Source: Thermoplasmata archaeon
GTDB taxonomy: Archaea > Thermoplasmatota > Thermoplasmata > Lutacidiplasmatales > UBA184
Reading direction: 5' to 3'
DNA length: 64,000 bases
Assembly: GCA_021823345.1 (NCBI GenBank)
Contig: JAKAOF010000004.1
Span: 15,055-79,054 of the forward strand
A program made the translations under genes and the position numbers. Positions 28,382 to 37,688 of the stretch are shown piece by piece. Each line of letters begins with the position of its first letter. Position 1 is the first letter of the stretch. The notes beneath the pieces are model-generated. The model did no database searches. It saw only the letters and a list, made by a program, of their open reading frames with translations, and was not told where the DNA came from.

Positions 28382-28989
28382 TAGAACGACGCCACCTCGA
28401 TGAAGTAGACCAGGGAGTCCCCCGAGGGGATCGGGGAGGGCGGGAGGGACGCGCAGCTGTACTCCCCCGCGGCCGAACCGGTGCCCGAGACCGTCCAGCA
28501 CTTGGTGAAGGAGAGGGTGCTCGAGCTCGTGAGGGTGTACCCGATCCACTGGCCCCGCCAGTGGGTGCCGCAGGAACCTCCGCTGGTGAGGTTCGTCATG
28601 GGGATGGGTCCGGTGCCACTGTCGACGGTCGCGTTGTAGGTGACCCCGCCGGCGAGGGCGTTCACGAAGTACGCGTTCCCGTCCACGTTCTGCGTCGAGG
28701 AGCAACCCCCGTAGAGCGGGCCCCCGATGAGGATGTACCCCGTGGCCTGCCCCGGGACCTGGAGCACGATGCGGGTCCCCGTGGCCCCGGAGAAGGCCTG
28801 GGTGACACTGCTCGAGATCTTGTCGATGGTGGTGCGGGCCTGGACCTGCTGCTGCTCGGAGTCGTAGTAGAGCGCGGCCGCGTAGATGATCGGAAGCATG
28901 ATCGCGAGGATGAGGACGATGATCGTGAGCTCGAGCGGCATCTCGATGACGCCGCGCCGGGACCGCGAAACCGTCGGCCGCCGTTTCAT
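28381..28989 (-). CDS. TadE-like type IV pilin (class III signal peptide)
   Basis: MKRRPTVSRSRRG|VIEMPLELTIIVLILAIMLPIIYAAALYY followed by a globular Ser/Thr/Gly-rich domain with Cys pairs. Confidence 0.65.
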   Translation of the reverse strand: MKRRPTVSRSRRGVIEMPLELTIIVLILAIMLPIIYAAALYYDSEQQQVQARTTIDKISSSVTQAFSGATGTRIVLQVPGQATGYILIGGPLYGGCSSTQNVDGNAYFVNALAGGVTYNATVDSGTGPIPMTNLTSGGSCGTHWRGQWIGYTLTSSSTLSFTKCWTVSGTGSAAGEYSCASLPPSPIPSGDSLVYFIEVASF

Positions 28990-29450
28990 CGGATCACCGT
29001 GCAGGCGGTGGACGCCTGTTCTGCGGACGGCGATCCCCCGAGGGAGGTCGCGGTGTACTGGGCGAGGACGCTCAGGGTCCCGGAGCTCGCATCCGGGGGG
29101 AGGACCGGGGCGATCGGCCCGAAACGGGCCGTCCCGTTCGCCACGGTCGAGCCCGAGAGCGAGAGCCCGAGGCCCGAGACGAGCACGGAGACCCCGGACA
29201 GGGGATGCCCCCGCTGGTCCATCGTGAAGGCGGTCAGCGCCTGGGACTTTCCGAGGAAGAAGAAGCAGGGACTGCTGGCGCCCGTCTGGTCGACGTACGC
29301 GTCGACGCTTCCCAGGTTCGAGCCCTGCGAGTAGGAGAGGTAGGTGTACATCCCCGCGGCGAATCCGCCCACGATGACGAGCGAGACGATGATCTCGAGG
29401 CCCATCCCCTCGAGCGCCCCCCGCCGATGGCCCGCGAACTTCCGTCGCAT
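28986..29450 (-). CDS. TadE-like type IV pilin (class III signal peptide)
   Basis: Only the C-terminal 154 codons of ORF 28986..30818 are coding: MRRKFAGHRRG|ALEGMGLEIIVSLVIVGGFAAGMYTYLSY. The rest of that ORF is an alternative frame of the FlaJ-like gene. Confidence 0.65.
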   Translation of the reverse strand: MRRKFAGHRRGALEGMGLEIIVSLVIVGGFAAGMYTYLSYSQGSNLGSVDAYVDQTGASSPCFFFLGKSQALTAFTMDQRGHPLSGVSVLVSGLGLSLSGSTVANGTARFGPIAPVLPPDASSGTLSVLAQYTATSLGGSPSAEQASTACTVIR

Positions 29451-29455
29451 CGGTT

Positions 29456-31576
29456 TCACGCCCCGTTCGAAGCCAGGAGGGCCACCCCGAATATGGCGGC
29501 CACCACGTAGATGAGACTGGAGATCCACAGGGTGGTCCAGAGCGCTCCGAGGTACCGGACCCGGTCCCCGCTCCATTCGACCCCGGTGGCGAAGTAAAGG
29601 ACGATGAACGTGATCTCGATGAGGTAGACGCCCATCACCAGGAAGAACACCGGAGAGGGCACGATGAGGGCGCCGTTCGCGAGCACGCTCGACAGGAGGA
29701 GGTAGAGCGCTCCCGTGATCCCGATGACCACGGGGGTGAAGAACATGACCGAGCCGCGCATCATGCCGGTCGTCCCCTTGAGCGAGGTCCGGATGTTCTG
29801 GTCGGTGTTCCGGAGCTCCTTGAGGAACTCGGCCATCGGAAGGACGGTCTCGGCGATGGCCTCGGGACCCTTCTTCGAGGCCTCGAGGAGGGCCCGCATG
29901 GCGACCTTCATCGGCCGGGAGGGGTACTGGTCCATGACGCCCGGGCCGCGGGTCGATCCGAAGAGGACCTGCTCGGGGGTCTGGCCCGAGAGCTGCATGA
30001 CGTAGAGGATGTGGTTGAAGAACTTCCCCGACTCGGTGCCCTTCGCCCCTTCGGCCGCCTGGCGGATGGCGTTGTTGAGCGCCACGCCCTCCCCCATCTG
30101 GCTGGCGACCTGGAAGAAGGTGTCGGGGAACTCCTGCTCGAGGTGATAGAGCGCGCGGTGACGCTTCTCGAGGAAGTGGATCCGCAGGAACGCCACCACC
30201 GAAAGCGCAACGCTGACGCCCAGCACGAGGAAGGCGGTCCACGTCTCCTGGAGCACCGCCCCCGCGTACGCGTTGAAGTACCCGAGCCCCGCAAAGATCC
30301 CGATGGAGGCGATCCCGCCCCCGATCAACGCGCCGACCAAGGCGGCCTTGGGGAGCGCCCATTCCTCCCGCCGGTTGCCCTGGAGCACGCGGGCGGGGTC
30401 GAGGGTACCGGGCCGCTTGTTCAGGATCTGTACCGCATAGATGTAGGCGATGAGGGGAAAGACCACGGTCATGATCGTGATGAATCCCACGTTCGTGGCC
30501 AGGAACTCGCTCGAGGAGACCGGGCTCGCCGAGCTGCTCCCGCCCCCGGAGAGGGAGATCGTCCCCCCCAGGTTGGCCAGGAAGATCATCGGCATCATCG
30601 CTCCGATGACCATCGGGAGGAGCACCCCGAGCCCGAAGAAGATCGTGGTGGGGCCAGAGAGCGAGGCGGCGAACTCGTCGATCTTCCGGCGCGTGCCGGA
30701 CAGGATGATATCGTGGGCCTTCTCCAAGTGCCGGGCGCGCCCCTCGGGGGACTTCTCCGACACCCCCATCTTGAGCGCCTGGAGCGAGCGCATGAAGTCC
30801 TCGTTCCAGTTCCCCCATTCGTTGGCGAAGGCCATGTAGGAACGCTCGAGGGTCGGCTGCTTGCGCGTCACGGTGTCCCAGTGGATCTTCCCGAGCGCCT
30901 CCCCGAGGTTGCCTCCGACGTTCTCCGCGGAGAACTGGACGGCCTGGTGAAGACTGGGGTTGAGCCGCAGCGACATGGCCATGTAATGGATGGCCTCGGG
31001 GGCGCGCCCCAGCGTCTGGATGCGCAGGCGGCGCGCCAGCATGCCGGGGTAGTTGTAGATGTACAGGTAGAGCATGAGCGGAACGAAGAGGACCGACAGC
31101 AGCAAGAGGACGACGAAGGCCGACATGAGCACCGGCGTGGCCAGGAGGAGCCCGATGACGACGGCGGCCATGGCGATCATGACGAGCACGAGCGTGCCCA
31201 CGGCGGCGTAGTGGATCTCCGTGGGGGTGACCTCGAGGCCGGCGAAGTAGATCTCCCGCTGGAAGCGGCGGCGGGTGATGAGCTCCTCGAGCGAGTCGAG
31301 TCGCTTCTGGAGCCGTTCGAGCTTGCGTTCCTCGCGGTCGCGCACGGCGGCCGAGGGCATTTCGATGAGCACGCGGCGGTTGAACTCTTCCTCCTGCTGA
31401 CGGAGGTTCAGCCGTACCTTCTCCCGCTGCTCCTCGAGCTTCTCCTGGCGACGGGAGGGATTGCCGAGCGAGATGAAGATCCCGCCGAGGAACCGGGAGT
31501 AGTTCTCGAACCAGGCCCCCGACTTCCCCTCGTGGACCGCCTTGAACTCTGCGGCGTGGTCGGGATCAGCCGCCAT
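29456..31576 (-). CDS. FlaJ/TadC-like polytopic membrane platform protein of the type IV pilus/archaellum family
   Basis: 706 aa. Cytoplasmic N-terminal coiled/charged domain, then multiple TM helix bundles. Position directly downstream of and overlapping (11 nt) the FlaI-like ATPase is diagnostic of the platform protein. Confidence 0.8.
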   Translation of the reverse strand: MAADPDHAAEFKAVHEGKSGAWFENYSRFLGGIFISLGNPSRRQEKLEEQREKVRLNLRQQEEEFNRRVLIEMPSAAVRDREERKLERLQKRLDSLEELITRRRFQREIYFAGLEVTPTEIHYAAVGTLVLVMIAMAAVVIGLLLATPVLMSAFVVLLLLSVLFVPLMLYLYIYNYPGMLARRLRIQTLGRAPEAIHYMAMSLRLNPSLHQAVQFSAENVGGNLGEALGKIHWDTVTRKQPTLERSYMAFANEWGNWNEDFMRSLQALKMGVSEKSPEGRARHLEKAHDIILSGTRRKIDEFAASLSGPTTIFFGLGVLLPMVIGAMMPMIFLANLGGTISLSGGGSSSASPVSSSEFLATNVGFITIMTVVFPLIAYIYAVQILNKRPGTLDPARVLQGNRREEWALPKAALVGALIGGGIASIGIFAGLGYFNAYAGAVLQETWTAFLVLGVSVALSVVAFLRIHFLEKRHRALYHLEQEFPDTFFQVASQMGEGVALNNAIRQAAEGAKGTESGKFFNHILYVMQLSGQTPEQVLFGSTRGPGVMDQYPSRPMKVAMRALLEASKKGPEAIAETVLPMAEFLKELRNTDQNIRTSLKGTTGMMRGSVMFFTPVVIGITGALYLLLSSVLANGALIVPSPVFFLVMGVYLIEITFIVLYFATGVEWSGDRVRYLGALWTTLWISSLIYVVAAIFGVALLASNGA

Positions 31577-33695
31577 GGCCCGTGGCCCACCCCTTGAGGG
31601 ACTCCTTCAACCAAGCCTCCCACTGAGAAAGGACCGAGGCGTACACCCCGCGCTTGGTCCCGCCCTCGGTGGCGCGCTCCATGATGTCCCAGAAGGCGGC
31701 GTTCGACTTGCCGACCCACTCGGCGCTCACGAGCTCGGGGCGCTTGGCACGTCGCGAAAGCTCGACGAGACGCTCCCGGTAGGTCGCGCGGAGCTGGATC
31801 TGCTCGAGGGCCTCCTCGTATCGGATCCCCCAGGAGTCGGCGATGTGCTTGATGCGTTCAGAACCCTCGAGATAGGCCGCCGTTGCCTTGAGGGTGTCCG
31901 TCGCCTCGTCATAGACGAGCAGTTGACGGAAGGTGCCCGGCTCGCGGGCCGTCTTCGAGAGCTCGCTCACCTCCATGATCCGGCGCTGCTGGTTCCGCAC
32001 GGAGCCCCCGGGCGAGGTCAGCCCCGCCACCACGACGATGTCCGTGGCCTGGAAGCTCACGGCCGGGATGCCGATGTCGTGGACCACCCGCTCGAAGACG
32101 GCCTTGGCCGTGTTGCCGTGGATGGTCCCGAGCACGGAGCTCCCCGCGGTACCTGCCCGCATGGCCTCGTAGAGCGTCCGCGCCTCCTCGCCGCGCACCT
32201 CCCCGAGCACGATGGCACTTTCCCCCAGCCGGAGGGAGACCTTGAGCGCCTCGTTGGCGGTCATCTCGACCCCCTGGCCCCCGACCGCCGACCGGGTGAA
32301 CAGCGTCTGGACCTTGTAGCCGAGCTCCCGCATCTCGGCGCTGGGGAGCTCCAGCGTGTCCTCGATGGTGAGGATGCGCTGGTTCTTCGGGAACTCGAGC
32401 ATGAGGGCGCCCGTGAGGGAGGTCTTCCCGGCGCCTCGAGGACCGGCCACGAGGATCGTGGAGCGTCCATCGATGAGGAAGTTGAGGAGCCCGGCCGTGA
32501 GCGGGTTGATGGAGTTCGAGCTCATGAGCTTGAGGAGCGTCCACGGGTCGGTCGCGTGACGGCGCAGGGCCATGGCGATCCCGTGGGGGGACAGCGGCTT
32601 GCCGATGGCGGTGACCCGGATGTTGTATTCGCGGAGGTCCGTCTCGAGCACCGGCATCGCCTCCGAGAACGGCTTTCCGCTGTCGAGCAAGAGCCGGGAG
32701 AGGAGCGCCTCCGCCTCCTCGTCGGTGACCGTCACATTGGTGATGCACTTGTCCCCGACCGCGCCCGAGGCGAATCCGCCGATCCGGAGGTGGATGGGGT
32801 TCTCCGAGGCGGGAGCGTCGATGTACAGGTCTTGCAGGTGGGGATCGGAAAGGAGGATCTCCAGGGCCCCGAGCCCGACGAGGTGCCGGGTGAGGATCTC
32901 GGCAAGTTCGCCGAACCGCTGGACCCGTGATGCCGCGGACCCGGAGAGCTGGATCCCCGTCTCGCGGGCGACGCGCTGCATGAGCCGCTGGGCCATCTCC
33001 CGGACCACCTGCTTCGTGTGCGAGAGGTTCTGCAGGGCGAGGCGCTTCGGGTAGTATTCCATCAGCTCATCCCTCGTGAGGTGGAGCAGCTCGACCTCGT
33101 CCTTGCTGAGCTTGTAGTCCGCGATCTCGAGATGATAGAGGGTATCGATCTCGTTGGGGATGTGGTAGATCGTGACCTTGCTCGCCCCGAGGTTGTAGGT
33201 GGTGAGCTTGTCCCCTTTCTCGGGGGGATGCGGGTCGACCCAGCATCCGGAGAACCCAGGGCGTGTGAGGGTGCTCCGCCGTAGCGTGTTGGTCAGGTCG
33301 AGATTGAATGCCCGGGGGACCGCATCGAGGTTCTTCAGGATCCCGGCGAGGACCCCGGGACGCTCCTCCACCGGGAGCGCCATCGGCGAGGCCAGGACGA
33401 GCATCTTCGTCGCATTGGCGCTGGTCCAGGGAAGGGGAGCGTACGGACCGATACCGCCCGCCCCCGGTGCCTGGGGGTTCGGGACGGGGAGGGCCCAGGG
33501 ATTGCCGCCAATCCCGGCGGTGGCGGGGAAGAGGGGGCGGGTCGGAGGCGGAGGAAAGGGAAACGCCGACTCGGTCGGGGAGGACTCGAAGGCGTTCGAG
33601 GTGGCCAGGGGGAAGGCGATGGGGGCATTGCAGTGGGGGCAGACCCGGCTCGCCGGCGGGATCGAGGCACCGCAGTTGTAGCAGGAGGCCATCAT
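31566..33695 (-). CDS. FlaI/TadA/VirB11-family secretion ATPase with N-terminal zinc ribbon and Pro-rich linker
   Basis: Start at MMASCYNCGASIPPASRVCPHCNAP (ATGA overlap with the upstream stop). Walker A VAGPRGAGKTSLTGALMLEF. Walker B/His-box AIVLGEVRGEEARTLYEAMRAGTAGSSVLGTIHGN. 710 aa, larger than typical FlaI because of the N-terminal extension. Confidence 0.85.
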   Translation of the reverse strand: MMASCYNCGASIPPASRVCPHCNAPIAFPLATSNAFESSPTESAFPFPPPPTRPLFPATAGIGGNPWALPVPNPQAPGAGGIGPYAPLPWTSANATKMLVLASPMALPVEERPGVLAGILKNLDAVPRAFNLDLTNTLRRSTLTRPGFSGCWVDPHPPEKGDKLTTYNLGASKVTIYHIPNEIDTLYHLEIADYKLSKDEVELLHLTRDELMEYYPKRLALQNLSHTKQVVREMAQRLMQRVARETGIQLSGSAASRVQRFGELAEILTRHLVGLGALEILLSDPHLQDLYIDAPASENPIHLRIGGFASGAVGDKCITNVTVTDEEAEALLSRLLLDSGKPFSEAMPVLETDLREYNIRVTAIGKPLSPHGIAMALRRHATDPWTLLKLMSSNSINPLTAGLLNFLIDGRSTILVAGPRGAGKTSLTGALMLEFPKNQRILTIEDTLELPSAEMRELGYKVQTLFTRSAVGGQGVEMTANEALKVSLRLGESAIVLGEVRGEEARTLYEAMRAGTAGSSVLGTIHGNTAKAVFERVVHDIGIPAVSFQATDIVVVAGLTSPGGSVRNQQRRIMEVSELSKTAREPGTFRQLLVYDEATDTLKATAAYLEGSERIKHIADSWGIRYEEALEQIQLRATYRERLVELSRRAKRPELVSAEWVGKSNAAFWDIMERATEGGTKRGVYASVLSQWEAWLKESLKGWATGHGG

Positions 33696-34702
33696 GGCGC
33701 AGGTGTCCCTCCCGCGGTGGCGGCGGCCCGGCGTCCCGCGGACTTGGACACGGTGGAAACGATCTCCCCCACGTGCTGGTTCAACAGCTCGAACTCGCTC
33801 GTGGACATCCCGAGGCACCGCAGGCACTCCTTCTCGGGTCGGCCCTGCTGAAGCTGGGCCACCTTGCCCCGGAAACTGGGCAGGAAATGATCGAGACCGA
33901 CCTTGAGCAGGTCATTGAGCTCGAGGTACATGTTCTTGGGGTTGAAGGCGCAGTTCGGACAATTGAGATACCGGAGCTTTCGGACGAAGGCCTGCGGATT
34001 GGACCGGATGCGCTTCGCCCGCTCCTCCAAGGGTTCTTCCGGGGAAACGGCGGGCGCCGGGGCCGGGCCGGATGGAGCATTCGGGGACGGACGGAACGCC
34101 GGGTTCGCTCCGGGGGGAGCATAGTAGCCCGGGGGGTTCGGCATGCCCGGTTGCGGGACGGCGTTTGCCGGGGGAGGGAACTGCCCGTAGGGGCGCTGCG
34201 GGGGAGGGGTCGGCGGAGCCGGGGCGGGCTGGGGCGGCGGTTGGTTCTCCCGTTCGGCCTCCTCCTCCGCCTGGCGCGTGCGTTCCTCTTCCGCTTGCCG
34301 CTCGAGCACCTGGACGGTGTCCTCGAGGTTCCCATCGGGAATGGCGACCCCGTCCACGAAAGGCACCGGGGGTCGGGCCGCCATCTGTTCGAGCAGCTTG
34401 TCGAGCTGGAAGAGCTGCCGGAGCGCCTCCACCGTCGAGCCCGTGTACTGTCGCATCACCTTGCCGGTGATGGTGATGAGGTCGACGTAGTACTCGTTGG
34501 TCATCGCCTGCATGATGGCGGCCCGGCAGTAGGGATCTGCGATGCCGTCCGGGCCCTCGCAGGACTCGCACTTCACGATGAGGTTGACCGAATTGCCTTC
34601 GGTCCTCACCTCGTACTCGAAGGGGGGTGGAGTGATCGGCTCGGCCGGAAGTTCCGGAGGCGCCTGAGGGTTCGTTCGGGGAGCCGGATTGGAGGACTTC
34701 AT
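33692..34702 (-). CDS. Cys-rich conserved hypothetical protein; paralog of 231..1040; first cytoplasmic gene before the pilus ATPase in locus 2
   Basis: 336 aa with the same Cys blocks as 231..1040 (KCESCEG, PYC, NCPNC, ECLRC). Carries an extra Glu/Ala/Pro-rich insertion (RQAEEERTRQAEEEAERENQPPPQPAPAPP). Confidence 0.7.
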   Translation of the reverse strand: MKSSNPAPRTNPQAPPELPAEPITPPPFEYEVRTEGNSVNLIVKCESCEGPDGIADPYCRAAIMQAMTNEYYVDLITITGKVMRQYTGSTVEALRQLFQLDKLLEQMAARPPVPFVDGVAIPDGNLEDTVQVLERQAEEERTRQAEEEAERENQPPPQPAPAPPTPPPQRPYGQFPPPANAVPQPGMPNPPGYYAPPGANPAFRPSPNAPSGPAPAPAVSPEEPLEERAKRIRSNPQAFVRKLRYLNCPNCAFNPKNMYLELNDLLKVGLDHFLPSFRGKVAQLQQGRPEKECLRCLGMSTSEFELLNQHVGEIVSTVSKSAGRRAAATAGGTPAP

Positions 34703-34708
34703 CGAACG

Positions 34709-36628
34709 CTAAGCCCCGCCGAAGCCGGGCGGTAGCTTGGTGGAGGTGGACCGGCGGCTCTTGGTCTTCTTCGAGGTTCCCCGGGCCCGCTTGCCGAAGA
34801 GGCTCCCCGTTCCGCCCCGGCCGGAGCCTTCCTCGGTGGCTGCCCGCTTCTCGGGGAGGGTCATCACCATGGCGAGCCCGGTGAAGAGGAACCCCGCGGA
34901 GAGCACGCCTGCGAACACCGGATAGCTCCAGGCGAAGGGGTCCGGAGAGGGAGGCGGGGGGAAGGTCGTCACGTTGAGCTCCGCGAACGAGGAGAACAGC
35001 CCCCACCAGGTCTCCACGGTCACCTGCACGAGGTAGGTCTGGTCGGCATGGAGGCCGGTCATGTTGAGGTAGCTCTGCGAAGCGGGAAGGGCCCCGTTGG
35101 CCTGGGGTCCGTCGGCCGGAGAGAGCGTGAGATAGGCGACCGGGGAACCGGGGAGCGCAAGGAGGTCGGTCGGACTCCAGGTCAACAGGAAGCTGTTCGA
35201 GGTGACCTTGGAGGCCGAGAGCATCACGGTGGGCGGCGGGGAGGGGCCGTAGTCGAAGATGACGTCCAGGTAGCCTTCCGCACTACCGCCCCGGGCACTC
35301 ATCCCGACCGCGGTGACGACCAGGTTCGAGGAGCTCGAGGCCGAGAGCGCCGTGGACGTGAGCTGGACTGTCCGGTACGGGACCGGGTTACCCACGGGGT
35401 AGCCAGGGACGTAGAAGTACGCCACCGTGCTTCCCGAGGAACTGGCGCTCACGTACTCCCCGTACGAGGCATTGGACGGGTTGAGGGAGAGGTAGAGCAT
35501 CGGGTAGGTGCCGGTGGTCATGCTCCATATCGGCTGCTCGTATCCGTCGGGAGCCGGGGCGGAAGAGTAGTTGAACCCATAGATGGTGTTCCCCCCGCCG
35601 TCGACGGCGAGGCGAGAGGCATTGTAGCTAAAGGACGCCAACTGGCTCCCGGCAAAGGGAGACCCCGGGTTCACGTTGGTGTCGTTCTCCGCGACCGTCG
35701 CGCGGACGTTCGCGGCCTCGTCGATCCAATAGCCGTCCGAACCCACCTGGATGACGGTGCTCCCGTCCGGGGACACCAGGGCCTGGGTCAGGGTCCCCGA
35801 CGGAGGGCTCGTCTCTTGCTTGAGCGGCGGCGGGGACCCGGAGTACTTCTCCGCGACCACGTAGGTGTTGATCCCGTCTTGGAAGGCGAAGAGGAGGTAG
35901 CTCCCGTCGTTGGTCATGCTGAGATCGATCGTGCTCATCGAAGACCCGGAGCCGGAGGATTGCGAGTAGTTCCAAAGTTCCACGCCGGAGATGCCATCAA
36001 GATAGCTGAGCCACACTCCGTAGTCGGAGGTGGAGGTGCCGCTCACCTCGTACGTGCAGGCCACCGCGACCACCTGGGCGGAGCCCGAGATGGCGATCGA
36101 ACCCACCTGGAGGCTCGTGATGTTGTAGCCCGCGGCGTGCCCCCCGTACTTGGCCAGGATCTCGTTGGCGGGGCTGTACGACCAGAGGGGGGTCGCGTTC
36201 GGATAGGCATAGGCGTAGGCGGTGCCGCCGACACCGATCATCACGTAGCTCGAGGTGCCGACCTTCCCGTTGATGACGGGGGAGGCCGCCGAGATGGCCA
36301 GCGTGCCCCAGTCGACGTTGGTCCCCAGCTGCCACATGGCCTGCGGGTTGTTGGAGGAGCTGTTGAAGAGGTAGAGGATGTCCGAGGAGGAGACCGCGGT
36401 CACATATCCTGCGTTCCCCGAGACCTCCACATCCTTGACATCCGAGGTCCCCACGGCGTAGGTCCATCCAGAGGGAAGCGCGGGGCTCGATGCCGGATGG
36501 CGATGGGGGACCGAGGCGGTCGGAGCGTGGGCCCCGCTCGCTCGAGCGTCCACCGTAGCGATGCCGCTAATCACGAGGGAGATCAATACCGCGACGGCGA
36601 CGACTGGGACGTTCCTCAGGTGTTCCAT
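34709..36628 (-). CDS. Secreted Ser/Thr-rich surface protein with signal peptide, FN3/Ig-like C-terminal region and C-terminal TM anchor; paralog of 1037..2782
   Basis: Start at MEHLRNVPVVAVAVLISLVISGIATVDARA. C-terminal TM SYPVFAGVLSAGFLFTGLAMVM plus a basic tail. Same position relative to the pilins and the Cys-rich gene as its locus-1 paralog. Confidence 0.7.
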   Translation of the reverse strand: MEHLRNVPVVAVAVLISLVISGIATVDARASGAHAPTASVPHRHPASSPALPSGWTYAVGTSDVKDVEVSGNAGYVTAVSSSDILYLFNSSSNNPQAMWQLGTNVDWGTLAISAASPVINGKVGTSSYVMIGVGGTAYAYAYPNATPLWSYSPANEILAKYGGHAAGYNITSLQVGSIAISGSAQVVAVACTYEVSGTSTSDYGVWLSYLDGISGVELWNYSQSSGSGSSMSTIDLSMTNDGSYLLFAFQDGINTYVVAEKYSGSPPPLKQETSPPSGTLTQALVSPDGSTVIQVGSDGYWIDEAANVRATVAENDTNVNPGSPFAGSQLASFSYNASRLAVDGGGNTIYGFNYSSAPAPDGYEQPIWSMTTGTYPMLYLSLNPSNASYGEYVSASSSGSTVAYFYVPGYPVGNPVPYRTVQLTSTALSASSSSNLVVTAVGMSARGGSAEGYLDVIFDYGPSPPPTVMLSASKVTSNSFLLTWSPTDLLALPGSPVAYLTLSPADGPQANGALPASQSYLNMTGLHADQTYLVQVTVETWWGLFSSFAELNVTTFPPPPSPDPFAWSYPVFAGVLSAGFLFTGLAMVMTLPEKRAATEEGSGRGGTGSLFGKRARGTSKKTKSRRSTSTKLPPGFGGA

Positions 36629-37182
36629 AGTGCGAGTGTGACCCCGATCGGACCGTTCCATCCCGGAGGAGAAGGTAGGCCGATCTGCTGCACATACAAG
36701 TCTTGGGGGGAATATGTAGATTGCGCCCCCATTTCGAGGTTTGCACCGGCGTGGGAGGCCGGCGAAATGACCGTGAGGTTGAAGTACGCGAACGTGCCGC
36801 GGGTCAAGTTCTCGAGCTCCCAGTACAGTGCCCACCCCATGGCACCGGTCCCCATGAGGAGCTTGGGGGTGGTCTGGCCCCCGGCGATGAGGTAGACCGC
36901 CTCCGTGAGAAGGCGGGCCCCGGCCTGGTCCTGCTCGGTGACCGTACCCGAGTGCGTCGGGAACTTCGACAGCGGGAAGGTGGACTCGAGCATCACGTTC
37001 AGGGTCGAGGACGAGTAGGCTTGGCCGGTCGAGTTCTGGCCCGGGGTGGAGACCGGGGCCAGGAAGACGTCCATGAGGAAGAAGAAGGCGAGGAGCAAGA
37101 GCGAGAGGAAGACGATCCCGTCGACGATCGCGACCTGGCCCCGCCGGCCCCGGAACCGGCGGTGGACGGAATTCAGCTCCAC
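36616..37182 (-). CDS. TadE-like type IV pilin (class III signal peptide)
   Basis: In-frame GTG start giving VELNSVHRRFRGRRG|QVAIVDGIVFLSLLLLAFFFLMDVFL, homologous to the locus-1 pilin 2779..3459. Overlaps the upstream stop (CTGA). Confidence 0.6.
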   Translation of the reverse strand: MELNSVHRRFRGRRGQVAIVDGIVFLSLLLLAFFFLMDVFLAPVSTPGQNSTGQAYSSSTLNVMLESTFPLSKFPTHSGTVTEQDQAGARLLTEAVYLIAGGQTTPKLLMGTGAMGWALYWELENLTRGTFAYFNLTVISPASHAGANLEMGAQSTYSPQDLYVQQIGLPSPPGWNGPIGVTLALWNT

Positions 37183-37688
37183 ACGCTCACCACCACGAGG
37201 GCGTCGTGGTATTCCTGGTCCGTCACGAAGATCGTGACGGGGCTCTGCGCCACGAAGATCCCGTTGGATAGCCGATATCCCGGCGGGGGGATGCAGGGGG
37301 TCGGCGTGCCCGTCGAGTAGCTCTGTTGGCAACTGTCCACCGTGCGGTTGTAATGGATATGGAACGGGGAGAGGTCGATGATCTGCACCTCGTACCCGCT
37401 CGGGGGATGCAGATCGTACGACACATTGGCGTACGTCAGGTTCGCGATCTTGGAGGACTGGAAGAGCCCCTTCTGGTTCTCGTAGGTGAGGTTCTGATAT
37501 CCCAGCACCGCCCCCAGCAGGGTCTCGGCCTGCTGGGAGAACGCCGCGCTCTGCTGCTTCTGGGAGAGCGTCTCGAAGGCGCCGACCGCAGTGGCCAAGA
37601 ACAGCAACAGCGCTGCGAGGACCACGATGAGCACGGGGAACTCTTCGAAGAACCCCGCGACCCCCCGGTGGGACCGTCTGAATCTCAC
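37173..37688 (-). CDS. TadE-like type IV pilin (class III signal peptide)
   Basis: In-frame GTG start giving VRFRRSHRG|VAGFFEEFPVLIVVLAALLLFLATAVGAFETL, nearly identical in its N-terminus to locus-1 pilin 3461..3964. The ORF's first Met (37793) would give an implausibly long leader. Confidence 0.6.
   Translation of the reverse strand: MRFRRSHRGVAGFFEEFPVLIVVLAALLLFLATAVGAFETLSQKQQSAAFSQQAETLLGAVLGYQNLTYENQKGLFQSSKIANLTYANVSYDLHPPSGYEVQIIDLSPFHIHYNRTVDSCQQSYSTGTPTPCIPPPGYRLSNGIFVAQSPVTIFVTDQEYHDALVVVSVWS

Noticed and set aside
28986-30818. 610-aa minus-strand ORF overlapping the FlaJ-like gene
   Set aside because: Only its last 154 codons (28986..29450) are a credible class-III-signal pilin. 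The upstream 456 codons are the alternate frame of the 706-aa FlaJ-like gene and have R/G/P-rich artefact composition.
31566-33827. ATPase ORF start at the first Met (33827)
   Set aside because: The first 44 codons overlap the Cys-rich gene in another frame with R/G-rich composition. The Met at 33695 gives a zinc ribbon start, ATGA coupling and colinearity with the locus-1 fragment.
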